This document shows, piece after piece, positions 46,454 through 55,044 of a stretch of DNA of 56,473 bases. Every line of letters begins with the position of its first letter. Within the stretch, counting starts at the first letter, position 1. Location of the stretch: the NCBI GenBank assembly GCA_017548485.1, contig JAFYZY010000175.1:1-56473 (forward strand). Direction: 5' to 3'. The notes below the pieces were generated by a model. That model worked only from the letters and a program-made list of their open reading frames with translations, was not told the DNA's origin and ran no database searches. This stretch comes from Oscillospiraceae bacterium. GTDB lineage: Bacteria > Bacillota > Clostridia > Oscillospirales > Ruminococcaceae. A program made the translations under genes and the position numbers.

Positions 46454-47581
46454 TCAGTCCTGTCTCTTTTTTTCTGAGAAATACATGAACAGCTGGCACG
46501 GTATCATGCCGTTGTACAGTTTCCTCCTGCGTGATGCCTGTTTCCCGAAATGCTTCTCGAAATCGGGAAGGCTGCTGATTATATAGGTGCCGCGCTGATC
46601 TCCGTTTACGATCCTTTTTCCGAAGTCTGCGCACAGTTTCTCTGCTTCCTCGGGGCTCGACAGTCTCTCACCATACGGAGGATTCGTTATTATAAGAGAT
46701 CCTGCCTCGGGAACAAGATCTCTTGCATCAGAGACTGAGAACGAGCAGAGATGTCCGACTCCGGCACGCTGTGCGTTATCTGACGCGATCCTGACCGCAG
46801 ATCCATCGATGTCGGATCCGATCCCGCGGAATGAGACGTCATTTCTGATCTGTGCCCTTGCTTCGGAGCGCACCTCATCAAAGATCTCTTTCCCGACGAT
46901 ATCATATTCCTCAGCGGCAAAAGCCCTGGTGAGGCCCGGCGCGAGATTCATCGCTCTCATGGCGGATTCTATCACGATGGTGCCGGACCCGCAGAACGGA
47001 TCGACAACGGTGCTGTCGTCATAGACTCTGGCGAAATCCGTCATTCCTGCGGCGAGAGTTTCTCTGATCGGGGCTTCGTTGAGGAGAGGACGGTACCCTC
47101 TTTTGTGAAGTCCGTCGCCGGAAGTGTCCAGCATGAGAGTGCAGATGTCCTTGACTATTGAGAAACGTATCTTTTTCTCGACACCGCGTTCCGGAAGGAA
47201 CTGAGTAGAATACTGGGCTTTCATCTTTTCGACTATGGCTTTTTTCAGGACGGACTGGCATGCCGGTATGCTGGTCAGTTTGCTGTTCAGGCTGTAGCCT
47301 TTCACCGGAAAGGCGTCCCCGGACGAAAGAACGGAAGACCAGTCTGACGAGAACGCACCGTCATACAATGCATCGAAATCAGGTGCAGGGTACTCATCCA
47401 GGACGATCAGAACTCTTTCCGCGGTGCGCAGCCAGATGTTTGCTATGGCTATACCGTATTCATCTGCGTCAAAGAAGATGCGCCCGTCGTGGACTTCAAC
47501 TTCTTCAAAACCGAGATGTCTGATCTCATAGGCCAGAACGGACTCCAGTCCGAACCCGCAAGTCGCAACCAGTCTGTACAT
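46454..47581 (-). CDS. THUMP-domain class I SAM-dependent RNA methyltransferase (RlmL/YpsC-like)
   Basis: N-terminal THUMP-like region, SAM-binding DPFCGSGTIVIE and catalytic ITNPPYGERL (NPPY). Confidence 0.88.
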   Translation of the reverse strand: MYRLVATCGFGLESVLAYEIRHLGFEEVEVHDGRIFFDADEYGIAIANIWLRTAERVLIVLDEYPAPDFDALYDGAFSSDWSSVLSSGDAFPVKGYSLNSKLTSIPACQSVLKKAIVEKMKAQYSTQFLPERGVEKKIRFSIVKDICTLMLDTSGDGLHKRGYRPLLNEAPIRETLAAGMTDFARVYDDSTVVDPFCGSGTIVIESAMRAMNLAPGLTRAFAAEEYDIVGKEIFDEVRSEARAQIRNDVSFRGIGSDIDGSAVRIASDNAQRAGVGHLCSFSVSDARDLVPEAGSLIITNPPYGERLSSPEEAEKLCADFGKRIVNGDQRGTYIISSLPDFEKHFGKQASRRRKLYNGMIPCQLFMYFSEKKRQD

Positions 47582-47597
47582 AAAAAACTCCGGCAGA

Positions 47598-47630
47598 TAA
47601 AAAGAAAGGCGCCGCGCTATTCGCGGCGCC
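47598..47630 (-). terminator. intrinsic terminator for hpf
   Basis: The minus strand reads GGCGCCGCG AATAG CGCGGCGCC TTTCTTTTTATCTG. Confidence 0.8.
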
Positions 47631-47647
47631 GTTGTGCTAATTGTATA

Positions 47648-48190
47648 TCAGTTAACGGGAACTAGCAAGCCGTAAGAATCGTCATGACGGCGGTATACGA
47701 TGTTGAGCTCGTTCGTGTCCGCGTTGCGGAACATGAAGAACGTGTGGCCCAGCATGTTCATCTGGAGGATCGCCTCCTGCTCGCTCATCGGCTCAATAAC
47801 GAACCGCTTTTCTCTGGCGATGTGGTATTCCTGCTCTTCTTCTGCTTCGTCTGCGGCAGCAATATCCAGTTCCTCGCCGGCGAGTTCAACTTCCTTGACT
47901 TTGACTCTGTTTCCGAGTTTGCCTTTGTTCTTGACGATCTGTCTCATCATGAGATCCACAGCTTCACGGAAGGCGGAATCAAGATCTGTCGAAGTGCGCT
48001 CGGTGCGGAAGAAGAAACCGCGGCTCTTTACGGTGACCTCCACGGTGTAGCGGTCTTTTTCAAGATCCACGTTTACGGCGCCGTCAGCCTCCTCATTGAA
48101 GAATCTGTCGAACTTCTGGAGACGCTTGTTCGCGTTGTCGATAAAACTTTGCCTCAGATTCAGACCATGGCCTGATGTTTTGACCTTCAT
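47648..48190 (-). CDS. hpf: ribosome hibernation-promoting factor, long form
   Basis: Start re-called at 48190 (GAAGGAGG RBS). N-terminal S30AE domain (LRQSFIDNANKRLQKFDRFF...VEVTV) and C-terminal dimerisation domain (RFVIEPMSEQEAILQMNMLGHTFFMFRNADTNELNIVYRR.DDSYGLL). Confidence 0.93.
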   Translation of the reverse strand: MKVKTSGHGLNLRQSFIDNANKRLQKFDRFFNEEADGAVNVDLEKDRYTVEVTVKSRGFFFRTERTSTDLDSAFREAVDLMMRQIVKNKGKLGNRVKVKEVELAGEELDIAAADEAEEEQEYHIAREKRFVIEPMSEQEAILQMNMLGHTFFMFRNADTNELNIVYRRHDDSYGLLVPVN

Positions 48191-48511
48191 TGGATTAACC
48201 TCCTTCTCAGGTTCTACATATATTCTACAATAAAACGATGCAATAATATCAATGTTTCTGTGAATGATGCATAACAAAAATGATAATCCATTTTTGTGCA
48301 AAACAGATTTGAGGAATAATACGCTGTCTGGAACAGGAAACAAGTGTCACGTTGCTGAATCCTGCAGTGTGTCGGCATTCCGGTGTGTTATGAGCGACTC
48401 TTGCTGAAAAGAAGACGCGGATGGGCTATAATAATCTTGTTGTTATTTCAGAATAGTATAGGATCATATCATTGCCGGAAACATTACAGATCGACTGATG
48501 GGGGAATATCC

Positions 48512-49675
48512 GTGGAGAAGCTGAAAAGGACCTGGGCAGAGATAAACCTGGACAATCTCAGACACAATTGCGAGCAGCTCAAGGGAATGCTCAAGGACGG
48601 AGTGGCCTTGATGGCTGTGATAAAAGCCGATGCATACGGACACGGGGATGTTGAGGTTGCGAATGCGATATCGGATTTTGCCGACTGGTTCGCGGTCTCG
48701 AATCTTATGGAGGCAAAGAGACTGCGCAGGGCGAACATCGCAAAGCCGATACTGATCCTGGGATATACTCCCACGGAAAATGCCGTCGATCTTTTTGAGA
48801 TGGGGATCACTCAGACCGTGCTCGGGGCAGACTATGCGAAAGAACTCAGCGAGGCAGCAGTCAAAGCAGACGTGACGGTCAATGTTCATATAAAGGTCGA
48901 CACAGGAATGAGCCGGATCGGCTTCTGCGCCGCAGAACTGGACGAATGTGTCTCGGAGATCGAAAGAGCAGTGTATCTCCCGGGGCTCAACGCGACGGGA
49001 ATATTCACTCACTTCGCAGTGGCGGACGAGGACACTGCAAGTTCAGAAGAGTTCACGAAGCTCCAGCATGACAGGTTCTCAGACGTGATCTGGGAACTGC
49101 AGAAGAAAGGGATCGATTTTGAGAGGGTCCACTGCTGCAATTCCGCTGCGATGATATTCATAACCTCGTATCACCACACGATGGTCAGACCGGGTATAGT
49201 GCTATACGGGTGCTCTCCCAACGGAAAGCCGCTGGAGGAAGTGGATCTGAGACCGGTCATGACGCTCAAGACGACGGTGTCGCTGGTGAAGGATGTGCAT
49301 CCGGGAGAGACTGTCGGATACGGAAGGAAGTTCCGCTGCAACAAAGACATGAAAGTGGCGACAGTGGCTATAGGCTACGCCGACGGTTATCCCAGAGTCC
49401 TGTCCAACAGAGGCTACGCCTATGTAAATGACACGGTAGTTCCCATCATAGGCAATATCTGCATGGACCAGATGATGCTGGATGTTTCATCGGTGGACGT
49501 TCATGAAGGTGATCAGGTGATCCTCTTCGGCGGGGACAGTCCGATCAGCGTGGATAATGTCGCAGCGCTTGCCGGGACTATCAACTACGAGATACTGTGC
49601 GGGATATCCAGAAGAGTCGAGAGAGTATATATAAGAGACGGGAAAGAGATATCGGTCGTGGACTATACGACATGA
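48512..49675 (+). CDS. alr: alanine racemase
   Basis: RTWAEINLDNLRHN, AVIKADAYGHG (PLP-binding Lys), RPGIVLYG, ICMDQMMLD. A GTG at 48512 after GGGGGAA gives the usual length of about 387 aa. The upstream 43 codons of the ORF track look non-coding. Confidence 0.93.
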   Translation: MEKLKRTWAEINLDNLRHNCEQLKGMLKDGVALMAVIKADAYGHGDVEVANAISDFADWFAVSNLMEAKRLRRANIAKPILILGYTPTENAVDLFEMGITQTVLGADYAKELSEAAVKADVTVNVHIKVDTGMSRIGFCAAELDECVSEIERAVYLPGLNATGIFTHFAVADEDTASSEEFTKLQHDRFSDVIWELQKKGIDFERVHCCNSAAMIFITSYHHTMVRPGIVLYGCSPNGKPLEEVDLRPVMTLKTTVSLVKDVHPGETVGYGRKFRCNKDMKVATVAIGYADGYPRVLSNRGYAYVNDTVVPIIGNICMDQMMLDVSSVDVHEGDQVILFGGDSPISVDNVAALAGTINYEILCGISRRVERVYIRDGKEISVVDYTT

Positions 49676-49709
49676 GAGAGGACTGCAACCCCTGGGAGTT
49701 TCCCGGTGC

Positions 49710-49738
49710 TTGCCAAGAAAAAACAAAAATAGTACAAT
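49710..49738 (+). promoter_or_regulatory. candidate SigA promoter for the tRNA-Ser gene
   Basis: TTGCCA (49710-49715), 17-nt spacer, TACAAT (49733-49738). A 9-bp hairpin CGGGCGGCA/TGCCGCCCG (49742-49767) lies between it and the tRNA. The hairpin could equally be the alr terminator. Confidence 0.4.
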
Positions 49739-49775
49739 AATCGGGCGGCACGGACAGTTGCCGCCCGTAATATAT

Positions 49776-49864
49776 GGAGAGTTATCGAAGCGGTCATAAC
49801 GAGGCGGTCTTGAAAACCGTTTGACGGCAACGTCACGTGGGTTCGAATCCCACACTCTCCGCCA
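49776..49864 (+). tRNA. tRNA-Ser (anticodon UGA) with encoded CCA
   Basis: By-hand cloverleaf: acceptor GGAGAGT/ACTCTCC, anticodon stem GCGGT/ACCGT with loop CTTGAAA (TGA), long variable arm TTGACGGCAACGTCAC, T arm GTGGG TTCGAAT CCCAC, then GCCA. Confidence 0.9.
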
Positions 49865-49874
49865 GAACCCAGAA

Positions 49875-49913
49875 AAACGCCCCATCTTAAAATGATGAGG
49901 CGTTTGTTTTTTT
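49875..49913 (+). terminator. intrinsic terminator after the tRNA
   Basis: AAACGCC ... GGCGTTT stem followed by GTTTTTTTT. Confidence 0.75.
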
Positions 49914-49975
49914 GAGAATAGGAAGGCTGTAACTGGAATTGCTGAACTGTCTGATCTCCTGTATCGTCCAGCCTC

Positions 49976-50016
49976 CGGAAAAGCATCAAGTCCGCGATGC
50001 AGGCGCGGACTTGATG
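49976..50016 (-). terminator. intrinsic terminator for the acyl-CoA ligase gene
   Basis: 13-bp stem CATCAAGTCCGCG / CGCGGACTTGATG. On the minus strand it is followed by CTTTTCC. Confidence 0.75.
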
Positions 50017-50022
50017 ATATCT

Positions 50023-51678
50023 TCAGCTGTACTGTCTCTTTATTTTGTTGGTCGAAGTCTTCGGGAAGGGATCCTTTCTGACCTCCACCCGCGTGACGTT
50101 CTTGTACATGGGAAGGATGGACAGCTTTTTCTGGATGTCCGCCAGGACTTCGGCCTCGTCATGAGGCTCGCTGAGATAGACCTCCGCGTCGAGAGACGTC
50201 TCGTCGCCCTTCTCGTTCTTGTGGCCTTTGACTATTACTTCCTCCACGTACGGGATGTCCTGGATGTATCCTTCTATCTCTTCGGGGTAGATGTTCTTGC
50301 CGTTGTTGAGAACTATGATGTTCTTCTTCCTTCCGGTGATCACCAGGCGTTCCTTCTTGTTTACATACCCGTAGTCTCCGGTAGAGAACCATCCGTCCTC
50401 CGTGAGGACCTCAGCGGTCTTCTCGGGCTGTTTGTAATAGCCGAGCATGACGGTATCGCCTTTGACGAGGATCTCTCCGATCCCCTCCTCATTGGGTTCG
50501 TCGATCCTGATCTGGGTGCAGGGGAGCGCGTATCCCACAGTGTCGTAGGTGAGGGATTTCTCATCGTTGACCGACACCAGCGGGGAACACTCCGTGATAC
50601 CGTATCCGCCGATGAGGTTGATGCCGATATCGTCGAAGAACTTACCGATCTCGGGACGGATCGGAGCGCCGCCGCAGATGATCTTTACAAGTTCGCCTCC
50701 AAATACGCTTCTGAGTGTCTTGAACAGGACCGGCCGCAGGTCCACACCGACCTTGCGCATGGATCTGGACAGGATCACAGCTCCGTTGAAAGTCTTTTCC
50801 TTGCCCTGCTGCTTGATGTTCTTTATGATGCTGGAATACATGAACTCAGCGATCGCGGGTACGATGAATATCTGGGTGGGCTTGAATTCCTGCAGATCCT
50901 TGACGATCCTCTTCAGAGAACTGTTGATGCAGAGGGTGTTTGCCTCGAATATGCAGCCGAGAATGTCCAGAACGCCTTCGTATGTGTGGTGATAGGGAAG
51001 GACCGACAGGCTCCTGCCGAATATCTGGGTGACATAAAGGGCGTTGCTGATGACCGACAGAAGGTTGTGCTCGCTGAGCATGACTCCCTTGGCGATGCCG
51101 GTGGTTCCCGAGGTGTATACCATGAGCTTGAGCTCGTTCTCATCCGACTTCAGCGAATCATAATCTTTTCTGCTCAGCCCGGCGCCGTGTCTGATGAGGC
51201 CTTTGTACGACTTGATCTTCTTCTCGTCCTTCTCGACGGAGAAGCCGATGAAGCATTTGATGCCCTTGAGGGCTCTCATGTTGTCACGCACCCAGGACTC
51301 GTATTTGTCGCTGAAGAACAGCACTGTGGAATCGCTCTCCGTCAGTACATGGATCTTGTCGGCCGTAGGAAGGTCCTTGTCCACAGGAACGAAAACGCCT
51401 GCGCTCTTGAGCACCGTAACATAGGCGCAGATCCAGTCAAAACTGTTCTCGCCGACACAGGCAATGTGAGCCTTGCCGTAGCCCATCTCGGTAAGCGCAG
51501 CTCCGAGATTCTCGGTGATCTCATTGAACTCGCTGAACGTTACATGTGTTATCTCGCCGGAGCGGCCGTCTCTGAACTGATATGCATCATCGTCGGGATG
51601 CGCGCTTACGGTCGTATCCAGCATTTCCCTGATGGAAGATACCGTCATCCTCGGGACATATCTGTATTTCTTTCTCAT
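50023..51678 (-). CDS. AMP-dependent synthetase/ligase, long-chain-fatty-acid--CoA ligase-like
   Basis: AMP-binding motif LMVYTSGTTGIAKGVML, GYGITECSP, TGDYGYV and the terminal K of the ANL family (KTSTNKIKR). RBS AGGGAG. Confidence 0.88.
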   Translation of the reverse strand: MRKKYRYVPRMTVSSIREMLDTTVSAHPDDDAYQFRDGRSGEITHVTFSEFNEITENLGAALTEMGYGKAHIACVGENSFDWICAYVTVLKSAGVFVPVDKDLPTADKIHVLTESDSTVLFFSDKYESWVRDNMRALKGIKCFIGFSVEKDEKKIKSYKGLIRHGAGLSRKDYDSLKSDENELKLMVYTSGTTGIAKGVMLSEHNLLSVISNALYVTQIFGRSLSVLPYHHTYEGVLDILGCIFEANTLCINSSLKRIVKDLQEFKPTQIFIVPAIAEFMYSSIIKNIKQQGKEKTFNGAVILSRSMRKVGVDLRPVLFKTLRSVFGGELVKIICGGAPIRPEIGKFFDDIGINLIGGYGITECSPLVSVNDEKSLTYDTVGYALPCTQIRIDEPNEEGIGEILVKGDTVMLGYYKQPEKTAEVLTEDGWFSTGDYGYVNKKERLVITGRKKNIIVLNNGKNIYPEEIEGYIQDIPYVEEVIVKGHKNEKGDETSLDAEVYLSEPHDEAEVLADIQKKLSILPMYKNVTRVEVRKDPFPKTSTNKIKRQYS

Positions 51679-51708
51679 ATCAATCTCCCTTTCGAGATCA
51701 GATTGTTA

Positions 51709-51891
51709 TCATTCATCATAAACATCGCTGTCTCCGATGTACTCGACATCGAGAAGCGACTTGCAGTAGACTGCTGTGAGAACGGCAATGCTGAGCGCTG
51801 CGAAAGCAACGCTGGAAGTTACGGCTATCGCGACCGCGGTGGCGACTTTATTGTCTTTCTCCTGTTTTTTTGCAAAAATAGAATCTTTCAC
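51709..51891 (-). CDS. possible small single-pass membrane protein (60 aa) upstream of the acyl-CoA ligase
   Basis: GTG at 51891, 9 nt after AAGGAG. MKDSIFAKKQEKDNKVATAVAIAVTSSVAFAALSIAVLTAVYCKSLLDVEYIGDSDVYDE has one clear TM. No homology evidence. Confidence 0.35.
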   Translation of the reverse strand: MKDSIFAKKQEKDNKVATAVAIAVTSSVAFAALSIAVLTAVYCKSLLDVEYIGDSDVYDE

Positions 51892-52053
51892 AGTTATACG
51901 CTCCTTTCCGTTTAAACAATTAATTCTCTCATATGGGGAGGGAAAAGGCAAGTTGAGAAGCCGTTAACCAAAGTGATAGCAGGGTCTTTGATGTTCCCAA
52001 GAGGACCGGGCGGAAGTATACTTTATTGAGAAAACAAATAAAGGAGGAGAAAC

Positions 52054-53592
52054 ATGGATTTCGTGTACGGAAACGGAAAAGCGGCGATGAGGATCGCCGA
52101 AACAGAGTACGGAACAGTCAGAGGAACGGAAGGCAACAACCCCAAGTTCACAGTTTTCAAGGGAATACCTTACGCAGCGCCGCCGGTGGGAGATCTTCGC
52201 TGGAGATTCCCTCAGCCTCATGAAAAGTGGGAAGGAGTCAGGGACTGCGTGGAGTTTGCAAATGCCTGCTACCAGTTCATGGCGAAACCGGATGATCTGA
52301 GAGACGGTGAGGACTGTCTTTATCTCAACGTATACACGCCTGCGAGCAGCGATGAAGAGATGCTGCCTGTCCTTATGTTCATACCCGGCGGAGCATTCAT
52401 GGGAGGTGCGTCCAACAGACCGCAGTATGACGGAGAAGGGTTCTGCAAAAGAGGCGTCGTCGTGGTCACGATAAACTACAGGACCGGTCCTCTCGGCATG
52501 CTCGTGCATCGCGACATGGAGAAGGAGAATCCATACGGAAGCGCAGGGAACATCTACTATCTGGACCAGATCTTCGCGCTGAAGTGGGTAAGAAACAATA
52601 TAAAGAATTTCGGCGGTGATCCGGACAGGATAACCCTGATGGGACATTCCTCAGGAGCGGTGGCCGCTACGGCGCTCGCCTGCACACCGCTGACCGAAGG
52701 TGACCTCGCCGGATGCATCATCGAAAGCGCTCCGGTGACTCATGACATGATGGACCCGAACGACGGACCGGAGACATCTCCTTTCTGGATGCCAAAGGAA
52801 GAAGCTTTCAGGAGGGGCGACATGTTCGCGGAAGCTGCAGGATGCAGCACGCTGGACGACCTCAGGAAACTCTCGTGTGAGGAGCTCGGCGCTGTCTACA
52901 GGAAGATGCCCGGGTATCTGTGCTTCTTCCGCGGAGTAATAGACGGATATGTGTTCCCGGAAGATCCATGCGATGTCTATATAAGCGGCCGCCATCACGA
53001 TATCCCTTATCTCGTGGGAGGAGCAGGTGATGAAGGCGCGCTGACCACCACATTCTCTCGCAGCGCAGTGCTGACGAGGGAGAAAGTCCGGGAGTATTCG
53101 AAAAAGTTCGGCGACAAGGCCGATGAATTCGTAAAGTTCTGCGAGGGGATCACGGACACCGACATGGCTGCCGCGATGACCGACGCCAACATATACAGGG
53201 CGAGGATGTTCGCGGAGACACAGCTGAGCAACCATATGAGGCCGGCATATGTGTACTGCAACATCAGAAGAGCCCCCGGCGATTTCCAGGGCGCGTATCA
53301 CGGCTTTGAGCACTGGTATGTTTTCCAGACCCTTGACAGAGACTGGAGACAGTATGCGGCGAGCGACTACGAGCTTTCAAACATTATGGCCGAGTACTGG
53401 GCGAATTTCGTGAAGAACGGAGATCCAAACGGACCCGGGCTCACTGAATGGACACCATATACCGAAGGCAGCAGGAAGAGCATGATGTTCGACACATCGC
53501 CGTGGATGGGCGAGAGAAAGCTGCCGGTGTTCCAGCAGTACAAACTGGATTATTTCCTCGACAAGTACAGAGACGGATTCAGAAAAGCGTGA
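52054..53592 (+). CDS. type-B carboxylesterase (PnbA-like, COesterase family)
   Basis: FKGIPYAAPPVGDLRW, EDCLYLNVYTP, nucleophile elbow LMGHSSGA, acid GGAGDEG, His region GAYHGFEHWYVF. Strong RBS AAGGAGGAG. Confidence 0.88.
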   Translation: MDFVYGNGKAAMRIAETEYGTVRGTEGNNPKFTVFKGIPYAAPPVGDLRWRFPQPHEKWEGVRDCVEFANACYQFMAKPDDLRDGEDCLYLNVYTPASSDEEMLPVLMFIPGGAFMGGASNRPQYDGEGFCKRGVVVVTINYRTGPLGMLVHRDMEKENPYGSAGNIYYLDQIFALKWVRNNIKNFGGDPDRITLMGHSSGAVAATALACTPLTEGDLAGCIIESAPVTHDMMDPNDGPETSPFWMPKEEAFRRGDMFAEAAGCSTLDDLRKLSCEELGAVYRKMPGYLCFFRGVIDGYVFPEDPCDVYISGRHHDIPYLVGGAGDEGALTTTFSRSAVLTREKVREYSKKFGDKADEFVKFCEGITDTDMAAAMTDANIYRARMFAETQLSNHMRPAYVYCNIRRAPGDFQGAYHGFEHWYVFQTLDRDWRQYAASDYELSNIMAEYWANFVKNGDPNGPGLTEWTPYTEGSRKSMMFDTSPWMGERKLPVFQQYKLDYFLDKYRDGFRKA

Positions 53593-53612
53593 ACTGTGAG
53601 GCGATGGCGAGA

Positions 53613-53641
53613 TTGCCATCCTTCTGCCGCGGTTCTATAAT
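53613..53641 (+). promoter_or_regulatory. SigA-type promoter for the second esterase gene
   Basis: TTGCCA (53613-53618), 17-nt spacer, TATAAT (53636-53641). Confidence 0.55.
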
Positions 53642-53713
53642 TTAGTTGTAAAGAGACTTTCCGGAAAAGAACCGGGAAACAATATGAATATTGATAAAGA
53701 CAGGAGAAAGAAC

Positions 53714-54835
53714 ATGGCAAACGTAGCGCATGCATTCCTGGGACTTACAGGTCAGGAGATCGACTGGCTGGAGATCCCGTGGGAAGGTGAAGCCCCCTCG
53801 ATCGACCAGGTGCGTCTGGAAGGACCCGCTGTGTCGACAGAGCACATCGCATATCTCAAGGAGAGCAGAGGAGTAGCTCCCGGAGACGTAAAGTCGGTCG
53901 AAGTCAAGGACGGAGTTCTCCATATCGAAGTCGTGCCCTCCACCAATAAAGCTGTCTGGACACTGGCAGTAGGCGACAAAAAGATCGGCCAGAGCGAGTT
54001 CGAAGTAAAGACACGCACCATGGACGACAAATTCGCCAAGGTAGTGGAAGGACGCCTTATGTACAGACTGTACAGCCCTGAGAACGCAACGACTCCCCGC
54101 CCGATGATCCTTTTCCTCCACGGAGGCGGAAACGGCGGATATGAGGACGGCGAAGGAGCAAGAAACAACGAGAAGCAGCTCACGGCAGACTATGGTCCTG
54201 TCAACTTCGCAGAGGATTATCCGGATCTGTACGTGCTCGCTCCCATGTGCGTGGAGGAGCGCCGCGACTTCTCCAAAGTCAACATGAACAATAAGTTCGA
54301 GAACAGTGATTTCTCCAAGGATCCCAGGTACGGCTGGTCCAGGTATTATCTCGGACTGGTGTGCGATCTGATCAGAAGAATGATCGACGAAGGGAAAGTG
54401 GATCCCAAGAGAGTCTATGTCACCGGTATGTCAATGGGCGGAGCCGGTACGGTACGCGCAATGTCGGTAGGATCCGACCTGTTCGCGGCCGCTGTCCCGG
54501 TGTGTCCCTCCATGACCCCCGAGACCTTCACGATACTGAAGTCCATCAGACGTCCTATCTGGGTCACGTCGGCGTACATCGACCATACACTGTACCGCCA
54601 CAAATACCTCGTCGACGCCGTAATGAACATGAGAGACAACGGCAACGATAACGCACATCTGACACTGTTCTCACCTGAAGACCTCGAGAAATATGATGTG
54701 TCCATCACGCCGAGCCTCATGCAGGCAGAGAACTACGGAAAACTCTTCCGCCAGAACCACTGGAGCTGGGTGCCTACATACAAGAATGAGTATGGCATCA
54801 TGTCCTGGCTGCTGAATCAGACCAAAGACGACTGA
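53714..54835 (+). CDS. alpha/beta-hydrolase esterase (phospholipase/carboxylesterase or peptidase S9-like fold)
   Basis: PMILFLHGGGNGG oxyanion region, nucleophile elbow VYVTGMSMGGAG, C-terminal His region. The ATG at 53714 follows AGGAGA. The ATG at 53684 is the alternative. Confidence 0.7.
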   Translation: MANVAHAFLGLTGQEIDWLEIPWEGEAPSIDQVRLEGPAVSTEHIAYLKESRGVAPGDVKSVEVKDGVLHIEVVPSTNKAVWTLAVGDKKIGQSEFEVKTRTMDDKFAKVVEGRLMYRLYSPENATTPRPMILFLHGGGNGGYEDGEGARNNEKQLTADYGPVNFAEDYPDLYVLAPMCVEERRDFSKVNMNNKFENSDFSKDPRYGWSRYYLGLVCDLIRRMIDEGKVDPKRVYVTGMSMGGAGTVRAMSVGSDLFAAAVPVCPSMTPETFTILKSIRRPIWVTSAYIDHTLYRHKYLVDAVMNMRDNGNDNAHLTLFSPEDLEKYDVSITPSLMQAENYGKLFRQNHWSWVPTYKNEYGIMSWLLNQTKDD

Positions 54836-54857
54836 TAAAAGAACATACAGCTGCAAA

Positions 54858-54890
54858 AGCGCCGGAGCTCACTGCTCCGGCGCTCTTTTC
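54858..54890 (+). terminator. intrinsic terminator
   Basis: 11-bp perfect stem AGCGCCGGAGC / GCTCCGGCGCT with a 5-nt loop, then CTTTTC. Confidence 0.85.
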
Positions 54891-55044
54891 AGGGCGTACC
54901 TATTTCGCCCGTAAACATATATTACGGATGCGTATTCCGCAGTATTCGTCATTTCTGGCACGGGACGTATATGCTATACTAGTACTGCCGGAGAGAAGAT
55001 CCGAAAGATCTTCCGGGACAGATCATGAGAGGAGGGAAATCTCC

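Noticed and set aside
49776-55000. tRNA-Ser as a possible integration site, with the downstream acyl-CoA ligase and esterases as a genomic island.
   Set aside because: There is no integrase, recombinase or transposase ORF. I could not spot a direct repeat of the tRNA 3' end downstream. Codon style and GC look the same as the flanking core genes. This was only a visual scan, so a short att repeat could have been missed.
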